This document shows, piece after piece, positions 18,079-28,109 of a stretch of 64,000 nt of DNA. A program made the translations under genes and the position numbers. Position 1 is the first letter of the stretch, and each line of letters opens with the position of its first letter. The DNA comes from an uncultured Bacillales bacterium. Its GTDB lineage: Bacteria; Bacillota_I; Bacilli_A; RF39; UBA660. The notes beneath the pieces were generated by a model, which saw nothing but the letters and a program-made list of their open reading frames with translations, was not told where the DNA came from and ran no database searches. The stretch lies in contig CAOJRT010000003.1 of NCBI GenBank assembly GCA_948442255.1, forward strand, positions 6,315 to 70,314, given 5' to 3'.

Positions 18079-18987
18079 ATGGTTACATTAAATGAAAAAG
18101 AAATAGTAAGAGCGGGTATAAAAATAAAATTAGAAGAATTAGATAGACAAGGGGCTTTTTCTTCTGGAGAAAGATTGCACATTGAGAGAGAATTACTAGA
18201 AAAAGCTCTGTTTGATTATTTATACTTACCTCGAGCAGTTATGAAAGTTCCTGTTTGGTCAGGAGATTTTTTAAGCAAGATTGATTTAAGTGAAGTCGAT
18301 TTTAGCCATGTAGCTTGGAGTTTCTTTTCTAAAGGAAAACTTTATTCCTATTATATGCAAAATGCTACTTTTGCTACTTATTTTAATCGTGTTTTTGAAG
18401 AGGGAAAACAAGTTATATATAGAAATACAAATGCAAAGATAGATTTTTCTAATTCTTTTGAAGCTTTGCATAGCAAAGCTAAAAGAGCAATAGTGGAGAA
18501 TTGTGATTTTTCAAATACTGATTTATCTAATAACAATTTTTCAATTTTTTCTTATGCGACGTCATGTGGGTTTGCTCATACAAATATAGATTTCGGTGAC
18601 TCCTTTAAAAGTTATTATGGAGGGAATACAAGTTTTTGTTCTTTTAAAGGAAATGATTTGTGTGGCAAACAAACTAGTCTTTTGGCTTTTCTTCTTTGTA
18701 TAGGTGGATGCGAGGAGAATGATTTTTCAGATACTGGTTTGAATTTTTGTTTTTCAAAAGAAGAAATGAAAAAATTACAAAATGAAACTGCAAGTATCTA
18801 TGCAAATAAATTTTTATCTTGTTTGAAAAATGGTTATTTAAAGGGATGTTATCTTAATGGAGTTTTGCTTCCAACAGAAAAAGAGGGACAAGAAATATTG
18901 GTTTTTAATTTATTTGGTAGGAGACCAAATCTGCCAGAGCAGGAAGAGGATTCAAAGCTTACTATGAAAAATCCAAATATGCAGTAA
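18079..18987 (+). CDS. hypothetical protein with pentapeptide-repeat-like segments
   Basis: AGGTGG RBS before the ATG at 18079. Segments such as CDFSNTDLSNNNFS, NIDFGDSF and ENDFSDTGLNF. Confidence 0.45.
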   Translation: MVTLNEKEIVRAGIKIKLEELDRQGAFSSGERLHIERELLEKALFDYLYLPRAVMKVPVWSGDFLSKIDLSEVDFSHVAWSFFSKGKLYSYYMQNATFATYFNRVFEEGKQVIYRNTNAKIDFSNSFEALHSKAKRAIVENCDFSNTDLSNNNFSIFSYATSCGFAHTNIDFGDSFKSYYGGNTSFCSFKGNDLCGKQTSLLAFLLCIGGCEENDFSDTGLNFCFSKEEMKKLQNETASIYANKFLSCLKNGYLKGCYLNGVLLPTEKEGQEILVFNLFGRRPNLPEQEEDSKLTMKNPNMQ

Positions 18988-19007
18988 AAAAGCACATGAA
19001 GTGCTTT

Positions 19008-19934
19008 TTAGTTTGTATAAAAACGATAGAAATTGATGGAAGGATGATTAAATAAACGGATGTTATATTTTGTTGTGCCTAATCCGTAAGAAATGAATAT
19101 TTCTGTATCATTTATTTTATAAGATTCTTGAGAGTAATCTTTGGCGTTGTCATCCAAAAAAAGAGGAGTTTGAAATGGTCTTATAAGCCCTCCTAAGGAA
19201 TGCCCTGCTAAAATCATGTTGGGATGGTAAGGAAGAACTTTATTAATTGCATTAGGTTCATGAGTAAGGACAATTTTGTAATAAGAAGATGTATCTTGTT
19301 CTTCGATAAAATTTGTTAAAATAGTATAATTGGGATTCGTACTAAGAGGAGAGAAACCGATAATTTCAATAGGTATTTCGTCTTCATAATAGAGAAGTTT
19401 TGCTTCGTTTTCAAGAAGGATAAATCCCGCTTGTTCCATTATTTCTTTATAATCTTTATTTTCTAAGTCGGCATTTCCGTAGATTGCATATTTATATAGA
19501 GTCGGTTCTAACTCATCTAGTAGATTTATTAATTCTTTTTTCGTTTCATCGTTTATTGAAATATTTTCTTCAATAAGGTCGCCAGTAAAGAAAATAATGT
19601 CGGGGTGGTAGCCGTTTATTTTCTTTATAATTTTTGCCAATTGTTTTTTATCTACTGAAGTTCCATAGTGGATGTCTGAAAATTGGATTGCCTTCATACC
19701 ATGCCAACTACTAGGTATGTTTTCACTAGCAACTTTGTATTCTTTTATATCGATTATTTTATTGCCAATTGTTTTTCCATAAATGAAAGTGGCGATAAAA
19801 AGAAGGATTATTCCAATTAGAAATTTTTTTAAGATGGGATGTCCCTTTTTTTCTTCTATTTGTTCTATTTTGCTTGTTTCTTCTTGTATAGAAGGGAGTG
19901 GTAGTGCTTCATTATATCTTTTTTCTTCTTTCAT
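19008..19934 (-). CDS. membrane-anchored metallophosphoesterase (YkuE-like)
   Basis: SDIHYG, GDLIE, YGNAD, THEP and GHSLGG calcineurin-like motifs after an N-terminal TM helix. Confidence 0.8.
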   Translation of the reverse strand: MKEEKRYNEALPLPSIQEETSKIEQIEEKKGHPILKKFLIGIILLFIATFIYGKTIGNKIIDIKEYKVASENIPSSWHGMKAIQFSDIHYGTSVDKKQLAKIIKKINGYHPDIIFFTGDLIEENISINDETKKELINLLDELEPTLYKYAIYGNADLENKDYKEIMEQAGFILLENEAKLLYYEDEIPIEIIGFSPLSTNPNYTILTNFIEEQDTSSYYKIVLTHEPNAINKVLPYHPNMILAGHSLGGLIRPFQTPLFLDDNAKDYSQESYKINDTEIFISYGLGTTKYNIRLFNHPSINFYRFYTN

Positions 19935-20605
19935 AGCAAGCCTCCTAATATAAATATATCTATTAATGTTATTATATTATGAAATGCATGGATAGAGATA
20001 GAGGAAAATATATTGCTTGTCTTTTTGTAAGTAAAGCTAAGCGTAATTCCTAAGGATAGGAAAGGGATTAGATAAAAAAGGGAGAGTGGATTATTTAAAG
20101 AAGAGAATATATGTAAAAAGGCAAATGAAGTACTCGTAAAAAGTATAAAAAGAAAGGGGGATGAAAAGGCTTTGTTAAAACTTTTTCTAAAGGCTATTTC
20201 TTCTATTATAGGAGAAAAAAGTGTTGTTATTATGGTTTGTGTTATAGGCATTTCTTGAAATAATCTTATATTGTCTTCTTGATTTTTTAATGGGGGAACT
20301 CCTATTACATTTAGTATATAATTGGAAAAAATCATTATGCTTGTACCAATTAACCATGCAAATAGAGCTGTTTTTACATACTTTCTCCTATTTTTTATAA
20401 AGTCTTTTCCTTCTTCTTTTAAATCATTTCTATAAAGCAATAAAAAAATAAACGAAGTAAGGGAGTATATGATTAAATAAAGAATACTTCTTTTTTTTAT
20501 AAAAAAAAGGAAAGGTATACTTAATAGGGAAGGAAGTAAAAAGTAAAGTCCCATAATTAAGATACCTTTTATAAATTCATTTTTATTAATTGTATTTTTT
20601 AACAT
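19931..20605 (-). CDS. CPBP (CAAX) family intramembrane metalloprotease
   Basis: EEIAFRK, FAFLH and HAFHN motifs in a polytopic protein. ATGA overlap with the downstream gene. Confidence 0.8.
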   Translation of the reverse strand: MLKNTINKNEFIKGILIMGLYFLLPSLLSIPFLFFIKKRSILYLIIYSLTSFIFLLLYRNDLKEEGKDFIKNRRKYVKTALFAWLIGTSIMIFSNYILNVIGVPPLKNQEDNIRLFQEMPITQTIITTLFSPIIEEIAFRKSFNKAFSSPFLFILFTSTSFAFLHIFSSLNNPLSLFYLIPFLSLGITLSFTYKKTSNIFSSISIHAFHNIITLIDIFILGGLL

Positions 20606-20620
20606 ATTGCAAACTCCTTT

Positions 20621-21076
20621 TTATTCATTGATGTATTTCATGGCTTTTAATCTAGCAAGAATGACATCTCTTTTTTTTGCACCAATAATTCTTGTAGAAG
20701 TTGATTTTTCTACGCCGTTTTCAATAAATACAGTTGTAGGAGTTCCGCTTGTGTTAGCAATATCTTTTAAATAAGCATTTTCTTCTTTACTTAGTTTATG
20801 TTCGTCTATTTCATAAGCAATGATATTGTATTCTACTAAAATTTCTTTTAAGACAGGTTTGTATTCTGCACAATGAGTACAGTCTGTTTGCGTAATTACT
20901 AAAATAAAAGTTTCTTTGTTGTTTATCTTTTCTTGTAGGTCTTTAAAATTAAGTTCTATTAAATGGTTGTCTTCCTCTGTTTTCTTTTTATTTAATATAA
21001 TTCCAGCATAAACCAAACCTAAAACAGAAAGTAAAATAATTACAATTGTTATTATAGATATTATTTTTGATTTCAT
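20621..21076 (-). CDS. membrane-anchored thioredoxin-fold protein (CxxC = CTHC)
   Basis: N-terminal TM anchor and a thioredoxin-like domain with TQTDCTHCAEYKP. Divergent from the large locus. Confidence 0.75.
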   Translation of the reverse strand: MKSKIISIITIVIILLSVLGLVYAGIILNKKKTEEDNHLIELNFKDLQEKINNKETFILVITQTDCTHCAEYKPVLKEILVEYNIIAYEIDEHKLSKEENAYLKDIANTSGTPTTVFIENGVEKSTSTRIIGAKKRDVILARLKAMKYINE

Positions 21077-21130
21077 TTCTTAATCACCTATATAAATATA
21101 GCATAATCAAAAAATATCTGCAATTTAATA

Positions 21131-21159
21131 TTGTTATTTTGACTACTTGATGTTAAAAT
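21131..21159 (+). promoter_or_regulatory. candidate sigma-A promoter for the large locus
   Basis: TTGTTA-17 nt-TAAAAT about 30 nt upstream of the 21188 start. Such matches are common in AT-rich DNA. Confidence 0.3.
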
Positions 21160-21187
21160 TATAAGTAGAAAATAAGGTTGGTGCTTT

Positions 21188-21940
21188 ATGAAAAGAAAAA
21201 TTTTATATAGTCTATATTTTTTAATCATGCTTTTTGGTTTAGGGAGTATCGTTTTTGCTGAGGGGGAATGTACTTTAGAAGCAAGAAGTGATTTACGAGG
21301 ATTGGCTTCTAATATTAATATTGTCTATCAAGAAGTATCGGAGTATGTTAAGAACGAAGATTATGAAGAGGGAGATATTGATGCGGATCCAGAATATCTA
21401 CAAAAATACCTTGTTATCAAAATATATAATTTAAGTCCTCATTTAAGATTAGAAATGACTTATGGGACTCCTAATGATTCTACAAGTATTACCTATAATC
21501 AAGCTGATCAAGATGGAGTTATTACTTTGGTACCAAGTACTAATGAATATGTTATTACTTATACATTTAATGTTTATGGTAGTTCTTCCGCTTGTTATGG
21601 TCAACTTTTAAGAACAATTAAACTAACTTTACCAAAATATAATTATTATTCAGAACGCTCTGTTTGTGATGATATTCCAGATTATTTTATGTGTCAAACA
21701 TATACGACTTATGATATTAATCCGACAAACTTTTTGGATAGTGTGAATGCTTATAAAGAGAAATTAAAAACACAGAAAAATGAAATAGATGAAAATGGGG
21801 ATGTGAAGGATAATACAAGTATTATAAATAAAACGGCATCCGTTATAACGAAATATAAATATGTTATTATCGGAGTTATCTTAGTTATAGGGGTTGTTGT
21901 TACTATTATAATAGTGAAAAAGAAAAGGAGTGTATTATAA
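21188..21940 (+). CDS. exported Cys-containing protein with C-terminal TM anchor, unknown function
   Basis: Signal peptide (..GSIVFAEG). C-terminal VIIGVILVIGVVVTIIIV+KKKRS. TAATG overlap with the giant ORF. Confidence 0.65.
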   Translation: MKRKILYSLYFLIMLFGLGSIVFAEGECTLEARSDLRGLASNINIVYQEVSEYVKNEDYEEGDIDADPEYLQKYLVIKIYNLSPHLRLEMTYGTPNDSTSITYNQADQDGVITLVPSTNEYVITYTFNVYGSSSACYGQLLRTIKLTLPKYNYYSERSVCDDIPDYFMCQTYTTYDINPTNFLDSVNAYKEKLKTQKNEIDENGDVKDNTSIINKTASVITKYKYVIIGVILVIGVVVTIIIVKKKRSVL

Positions 21941-24900
21941 TGAAGAATCTTGATATAAGAAAATATGCAATTTTTACTATTGTATGCTTCTTATCTTTTT
22001 TTGGTTATAGAGTGTATGCAGCTGAAGCAGTAGTTGTTACGCCAGGGAAACCCGCTACATTGATTGGAACAATGAACTATGAAAATGCTGTTTGTTACGT
22101 GAATAATAAGCAAATTACTCCAGAGAGTGAATATAATGATGGAAAATATCGTGTATATTATGATGATAGTAAGACGGATATATTGATACAATCTACTCAA
22201 GCGGGAGTGGGTTCAGATTTGTCTGTTTTTTGTACTTATGACAGACATATGGAAATTGTTAATTCTAACAAGGTAGAAGTTGGTGGCAAAGGAGATGTTA
22301 CTGTTTCTGTTTCATCTTTCTCTTTTGAAGGAGCTTCGAGAATTACTTTAGATATGGATGAGCAATTTAATAGTGAGTATACGATTACTTCGTGGATTAG
22401 TAATATCGGAATAATGGAAAGTGTTTCTATTAATGATGCAAGAATTAATACAAGTGCTTGTGTTGCAGGAACAGATACTTGTAAAATCACATTAAATAGC
22501 CCAGTTACTTCTTCAGGACAAGTAATTGGGGAGATTAAATATCGTGATAAAGATACAGGTGGACAGAATACATTAACCGTTATTATTAATATTAAAGATA
22601 CGTGGTTTTTAAAAGCAGATGGTGGAAATTATGCGAAGACTTGTGATTTTAGTTCTTCTTTATGGGAAAAACGTGATGGTGATTCCAATGTTTGGTATTC
22701 TAAACAAGGAGTGGATATTGCTTTTAATAATGTACATTTTCCTTCTTGTGAAGTAGATACAGATTATAACCCTTTGATAGAATTTAAAGGATGGGTATAT
22801 CAAAAAAGAGATGCTGATTTAGATGCTAATAATGCTGGTCTTGTTAATGGAAACTTCCAAACCGTTGATTATTGTACAACAGTAGCCAGTAAATATCCTA
22901 GTTTATTTGGCTTTGTGAATGCAGGACAAAGTGTTGATCCAAGAGATATTCATTATGGGTATGTATTTGCTTGCTATGCTAGTAGAGGAATCGCCCTTGA
23001 TATGAATGGAGGGACTGCCTCTTTAGATGGTAATGTTTGGAAACTTTATACTTCTAAAGATGGTTTATATAGTGATAAACATGGGTATAATGGTCTTTAT
23101 ACTTATACAGGTGGTGGAAATATAGCACTTCCTAGTAGTGTAAATCCTCCTGCTATCTATGCAAATACGGCTGAATTTGTTGGTTGGAAGAATAAAAAGA
23201 CAGGAGAGGTTGTTCCAGGTGGAACTACGGTTAATGGAAATGATGGGACTATCTATACTGCTACATTTAAACAAAAAGGCACTTCTAATGGGGGCTCTAG
23301 TGGAGAAGCTGAGCTTGGTGGATATGAGATAAAAACAGTTTTTGTTGGAGAAACATCGGAAATTATTTTACAGAATGGTTATACTTGTACTAGTTATGAT
23401 AGTGATAATTTTTCTATAACTAATGGTGGGTCTGTTGCTGGTGAATCAAGATGTAAAATTACTGGCAAAGCAAGTACTAATGGACAATTTATCAATGTAC
23501 CTTTTGTAAATACTAATGGAGCGACTTTTACTTATAAAATAATGGTTTCTACACGAGATGGGCTTGGAGGAAATCTTATTATAGGAAATCCAACCATTAA
23601 TATTCAAATCAATACAGATTCTTTAAATAATTCGAATGGTGGAAGTGGGATAAATGCTTCTGAAGGATATGGATGTCAAAGTTTCCGAGTTACAAAGATA
23701 AGAGGCGATAAATCACAGACTCCGTTGAAGTCTGGTGATTATCAGTTGGATATTATGCATTATGGTTTATCTTGTGCTACAGCTGGATATGCTGAATTGC
23801 AATATGATAGTTTGTGTTTGGATCCAGGACGTACCGCACCTGCGGTTGGTGACTTATATCAATATGAGAGAAGAATTTCTCCGAACTGGAATGACGGCAG
23901 TGATATGGCACAATTTGATAATGCTATTGCCTATCTTATCTTTAAAACAATGAATGTTTCGCCAAAAGAAGATGCAAATGGGAATAATACGCATGCTTAT
24001 AGAAAAGCCCTAACGTCAGCAAATGTTGCAGTACGTATTTTAGAATTTGTATATAATCAAGATAATGGTACAAATGCTACGCAAAAGTTATCCTCGCATT
24101 ACTTGACTTATTTAGCTATCGCAGCTAATTTGAAAGAAAAAGTAAGAACAGGAACTGTAACTTATGATGACTTAGTGAGTGCTACAGGTGGGGTTTCTCC
24201 TTCTTGTGAGGCAGGACGATATTGTTTAAATGAAGTGGCTGGAAATGGACAATTTTCTGTTATTCAAGAAGTTGTGGATTTACTGAACTTTAGACAAGTG
24301 GGTAAAGCGGATATAGTTATTTCTGAGATGAGTCATCCCAAAAATGAAGTCAAAATAGATTCGATTGATGGCTACATAGTTAATTTTTCGGGAAAAATGA
24401 CTTTGCCTAAAGCTTCCCTTGTTGTACCTCAGCAATTGTTTGGCCAGAATTTCTTAGTAACTTTAATCAATAGAGATGCTAATATAAAAAATGCTGCGCT
24501 TACATCTCAGCAATGTATTGAAGTTGATGGACATACGGAGTGCTCTTATAGTGGATATGTTGATACAACACCTACTGGAGGAGTTGTTCCTGGTGGGACA
24601 AATTTTGCTGTAAAAGTGGCATATAAAAGTAATTATTCTTTAGATAATGCGGTTTTATTAAAGATAACGCATTCTACGAAGATTGCACAAAGGTTTATAG
24701 CCTTTAATGAGCATTTGGAAGCATTCTTCTATTTGAATTTGTCCGGAAGTAACAATTGTAATGCATTAATTGCAGCGGCTGGTGATAGTGAAGAGAACGC
24801 ACAAATTGCTGTTAATGCAGGATGTTGTACAGTAGAGCTACAAAAAACAAATCCAATTTTCTATAATAAGTATTGTAGAAAAAATTGTACTTATGATGAG

Positions 24901-27618
24901 ACTTATAATTTGGTTGATGGTTCTAATGACTTTGTTTGTACGAACCAAGATCAAGATTTTAATTCAATTAAAGAAGCAACGACAACTTTAAATCAAGAGA
25001 ATTATGCTTGTATCGTAGATGTTTCTGCGAAAGTAGGAACAAATGCTAGTTTGAATTATCAGCAAGCTTTAACTGCTACAGAGAATATGACTGATTTTAG
25101 AGGAAATATTTTATCTGTTGGTGAGTATAATTCGCAAAATGGAGTGGCTGGAACAGGAAATCCTTATTGTCGTGTTACTTGTAAGGAAGATTGGACATTT
25201 AAAACGCCTGGATTTAGTAACTTTACTGGTGAAAATGCTGTAAAAGCTGGATCTTATTTCACAATTAATCAAAATATGGCTCTTGCTTCTACTAAAACAT
25301 GTGTAACGACTTATATTGATATTGATGGTTATAAACTTAATTTGGCAACTATTTCTAATTCGATAATGAATGCGACGAATGAATATAGAGCTCGTGCACA
25401 AGCTATGAGTAATCGAAATATAACATATGAACCTCATGAGTATTATACAACCTATGTTCGTAGCGGAAGTGAGAAAAATATGGTTACTTGTACAGCTGCA
25501 GATGCAGATAAAGAAGGATGTACTACTTCTACAGGTTATGGAACTTACCAATGTCCTACGGGTCAATGTGAATGCTCTTCAACTGGATGGCAACTTACTA
25601 ATGAGTGTAGTCAGACTCCTTCTACCCAAGTAACTGGTCAATACCAAGACGGTTATAAAGTAACTTATAAAGCACAAAAAGCAACTTGTAATGTTGCTAA
25701 GCTAAGTGTTTTGCCTGGAACTTATTACAATAGATATAATAATTATGTTTATGGCTCTGGTAATTTGAGTTCTAGTTTAGCGCCAATAGGTAGTACTAAT
25801 GAAGTTCTTAGCGGATTTGTAGCAGGAGATAGTGAAAAAACAGTCGTTTGTACTAATGAGAAATGTACGGCACAACTTCCAGATGGTACAGACGCAAATG
25901 GAAATCCTAAATATAAATATGTTGATGATTATATTGATATAAATAATAATCGTATCGCATTGGAGAGTAATGGAAGCTGTCAAACATTTACTACTGAGAC
26001 TGATGCTATCAATGCTTTAACACCAGGATTAACTTATAATGGTGAAAGCTTAACTGGATCAATGCAAAGATTATCTAATGAAGTAAATGCTTGGAATCAA
26101 CAAGCAAAGATTGCTTCTGATAATTTTGGAAAATGTCAAAATTTCTATATTTATAATAATAGAGATGTAGGAACAAATAGTACTGTGTATGGTGGAGCTG
26201 GTGCTTATGTTGTAGTTGGAGGCGGTGATACCAATCTTCAAAATTCTGGTTCTACTGTTAATATTTCTGATCTTTTTGATCCAGTGATTAAATATAAATA
26301 TGATGAAGAAACTTATATGAGTTATGTAGGAGATAATAATACTTATATTTTAGACAAATTTAATGGAGCTAGTACTAATACCTATTATTATAACGTAATT
26401 AATCCATCTACTTATTCTGGACAACAAGTTCCAAGTACATTACATGCAGAACAAAGACCATTATGTTATGTAGAAAATGGATATACTGGAAATTTCGATG
26501 GTGCTAAGATGTATTGTAAAGTTGTTAATTTCCATTATTATGATGCTCATTATATTAAAACTGAGCTTACTCAAGGAGGAACATTTAAGAATAATGTTAC
26601 TTGGTATACAAGACAATATGGTGGAATTATTTACCCAGGAACTGGTGGATCTGATGAAGAAAGACTTCAGAATGCGAAACGAAATTCGGGTAATTTAAAT
26701 GATACGATGGAGTGGACACGCTTAGGACAGAATGATGTGTTCCCAGTACAATTAAATACAAGAAGAAATGTATATCAATATGTATTTACTTTTGAAAATA
26801 TTGGTACTTATATGAGTGGTGATAAGAATCATAATAGTGAACAAGATTTAGGTAGAATTATGGGAAGTAGTACTTCGGTTGCTATGTATAACTTTAATAC
26901 TTGCTTCTATGAAGTTTATGAAGGTATGTGTTTATGTTGTGGTAGAACGATGAGTTCAACGGCTCGAGTAGAAAATGAAACTAATATAGATACTACGCAA
27001 TATGTTCCTAATCGTGGTAATAATTATAGTAACAATACGGCAAATTCTGTTAATTTAAATGCTAATGGAACATTAGGTTTCTATACAAATTCTGTATCAT
27101 TATCTGATTTGGCAGGAGCTTCTAATGGTTTTGCTAGTTCTTCTAACTGGGGAGATAAAAATGAATATTTCTATAATGGAAATATCTATTATACGGATAA
27201 AGGTTCTTCCTTAGTGTCTGCAATTGAGAACAAAGGGGAAACTATATATGGCGATACTCCTGAATACTCTTATACTTTGAATCCTAGTGCATTATCTGCT
27301 ATACGCAATATGGAACATAGTAAAAATTATGCTGTTCAAACAGGAGATTTGACGGCGATGGGTTCTTATAAAATGCAAGGAGGAGATGCCTCTAGTGATG
27401 GGGCTTCTAACGTTTTACTTACTCATTTTAAAAGTAATTTCTTAGATAAGATAAAAGAATATGAAACAGCTGAATATAAAGGTTTATTATTTACAAATAA
27501 ACAGATGGCAGATAAGTGTTATGTTACTAATGCTGCAGATGTTGGAAATTCTAATTATAAAGATTGTCGCTGGATAGATTACATGGATGATGATGGTTAT
27601 CGACTAGTGTTTAAATAG
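21940..27618 (+). CDS. giant secreted Cys-rich protein (1892 aa), putative adhesin/effector
   Basis: Signal peptide ending VYAAEA. No LPXTG and no C-terminal TM. About 46 Cys by my count. One Listeria-Bacteroides (Flg_new)-like repeat around aa 349-444. Confidence 0.8.
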   Translation: MKNLDIRKYAIFTIVCFLSFFGYRVYAAEAVVVTPGKPATLIGTMNYENAVCYVNNKQITPESEYNDGKYRVYYDDSKTDILIQSTQAGVGSDLSVFCTYDRHMEIVNSNKVEVGGKGDVTVSVSSFSFEGASRITLDMDEQFNSEYTITSWISNIGIMESVSINDARINTSACVAGTDTCKITLNSPVTSSGQVIGEIKYRDKDTGGQNTLTVIINIKDTWFLKADGGNYAKTCDFSSSLWEKRDGDSNVWYSKQGVDIAFNNVHFPSCEVDTDYNPLIEFKGWVYQKRDADLDANNAGLVNGNFQTVDYCTTVASKYPSLFGFVNAGQSVDPRDIHYGYVFACYASRGIALDMNGGTASLDGNVWKLYTSKDGLYSDKHGYNGLYTYTGGGNIALPSSVNPPAIYANTAEFVGWKNKKTGEVVPGGTTVNGNDGTIYTATFKQKGTSNGGSSGEAELGGYEIKTVFVGETSEIILQNGYTCTSYDSDNFSITNGGSVAGESRCKITGKASTNGQFINVPFVNTNGATFTYKIMVSTRDGLGGNLIIGNPTINIQINTDSLNNSNGGSGINASEGYGCQSFRVTKIRGDKSQTPLKSGDYQLDIMHYGLSCATAGYAELQYDSLCLDPGRTAPAVGDLYQYERRISPNWNDGSDMAQFDNAIAYLIFKTMNVSPKEDANGNNTHAYRKALTSANVAVRILEFVYNQDNGTNATQKLSSHYLTYLAIAANLKEKVRTGTVTYDDLVSATGGVSPSCEAGRYCLNEVAGNGQFSVIQEVVDLLNFRQVGKADIVISEMSHPKNEVKIDSIDGYIVNFSGKMTLPKASLVVPQQLFGQNFLVTLINRDANIKNAALTSQQCIEVDGHTECSYSGYVDTTPTGGVVPGGTNFAVKVAYKSNYSLDNAVLLKITHSTKIAQRFIAFNEHLEAFFYLNLSGSNNCNALIAAAGDSEENAQIAVNAGCCTVELQKTNPIFYNKYCRKNCTYDETYNLVDGSNDFVCTNQDQDFNSIKEATTTLNQENYACIVDVSAKVGTNASLNYQQALTATENMTDFRGNILSVGEYNSQNGVAGTGNPYCRVTCKEDWTFKTPGFSNFTGENAVKAGSYFTINQNMALASTKTCVTTYIDIDGYKLNLATISNSIMNATNEYRARAQAMSNRNITYEPHEYYTTYVRSGSEKNMVTCTAADADKEGCTTSTGYGTYQCPTGQCECSSTGWQLTNECSQTPSTQVTGQYQDGYKVTYKAQKATCNVAKLSVLPGTYYNRYNNYVYGSGNLSSSLAPIGSTNEVLSGFVAGDSEKTVVCTNEKCTAQLPDGTDANGNPKYKYVDDYIDINNNRIALESNGSCQTFTTETDAINALTPGLTYNGESLTGSMQRLSNEVNAWNQQAKIASDNFGKCQNFYIYNNRDVGTNSTVYGGAGAYVVVGGGDTNLQNSGSTVNISDLFDPVIKYKYDEETYMSYVGDNNTYILDKFNGASTNTYYYNVINPSTYSGQQVPSTLHAEQRPLCYVENGYTGNFDGAKMYCKVVNFHYYDAHYIKTELTQGGTFKNNVTWYTRQYGGIIYPGTGGSDEERLQNAKRNSGNLNDTMEWTRLGQNDVFPVQLNTRRNVYQYVFTFENIGTYMSGDKNHNSEQDLGRIMGSSTSVAMYNFNTCFYEVYEGMCLCCGRTMSSTARVENETNIDTTQYVPNRGNNYSNNTANSVNLNANGTLGFYTNSVSLSDLAGASNGFASSSNWGDKNEYFYNGNIYYTDKGSSLVSAIENKGETIYGDTPEYSYTLNPSALSAIRNMEHSKNYAVQTGDLTAMGSYKMQGGDASSDGASNVLLTHFKSNFLDKIKEYETAEYKGLLFTNKQMADKCYVTNAADVGNSNYKDCRWIDYMDDDGYRLVFK

Positions 27619-27633
27619 GAAGGAGAGAAAATT

Positions 27634-28095
27634 ATGAAAAGTTCGTATTGGGGTTATTGGCTAATACTACTTGGTGTCTTTATCGTAGGTGTTATGATGT
27701 TATCGCAAAATGCCACAACAACAGATACACAAGATTATTACCAATTAAAAGAAGTAGCAAATGGGGCTATCTATGATTCTATTGATTATTCTTACTATAC
27801 GCAAACGCATCAAGTAAGAATGATTAAAGAGTTGTTTGTTGCTAACTTTGTAAAAAGGTTTGCCAATACTGTGCCTATGACAAATACTTATAAAGTGGAT
27901 TTTTATGATTTATATGAATCTCCTCCTAAGGCTAGCGTGAAAATATCTACTACTTCAGGTACATTTGTTATAGCAGGGGGATCATCAAATCTTGACATTG
28001 TTAATTCCATTGATTTGATTGTAGCGTTTAATAATGGACAACTTGCTTCACCAGAAGGCGGACCAATTTTAAGTGGTTGTCCATATTATGATTAG
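27634..28095 (+). CDS. N-terminally anchored small exported protein, unknown function
   Basis: GGAAGGAGAG RBS. One N-terminal TM helix (WLILLGVFIVGVMML) followed by a ~120-aa soluble domain. Confidence 0.6.
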   Translation: MKSSYWGYWLILLGVFIVGVMMLSQNATTTDTQDYYQLKEVANGAIYDSIDYSYYTQTHQVRMIKELFVANFVKRFANTVPMTNTYKVDFYDLYESPPKASVKISTTSGTFVIAGGSSNLDIVNSIDLIVAFNNGQLASPEGGPILSGCPYYD

Positions 28096-28109
28096 ATAGG
28101 AGAGTAAAA

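Noticed and set aside
19931-20605. Polytopic protease next to the locus as the missing prepilin peptidase
   Set aside because: Its motifs (EExxxR, FxxxH, HxxxN) are those of CPBP/CAAX glutamic metalloproteases, not the two-Asp A24 prepilin peptidases.
23800-24110. YDSLCLDPGRTAP in the giant protein resembles the Cys motif ([YFL]C[ILV][DEN]) of thioester (TED) adhesin domains
   Set aside because: I could not find the partner TQxA(I/V)W-type Gln motif at a suitable distance. AQFDNAIAY and TQKLSSHY are poor matches. The idea is left as testable by HMM only.
21991-26698. Numerous 60-150-aa ORFs on both strands inside the giant gene (e.g. 25111-25566 minus, 23735-23953 plus)
   Set aside because: All are nested in a single uninterrupted 5.7-kb frame, have odd composition and lack RBS elements.
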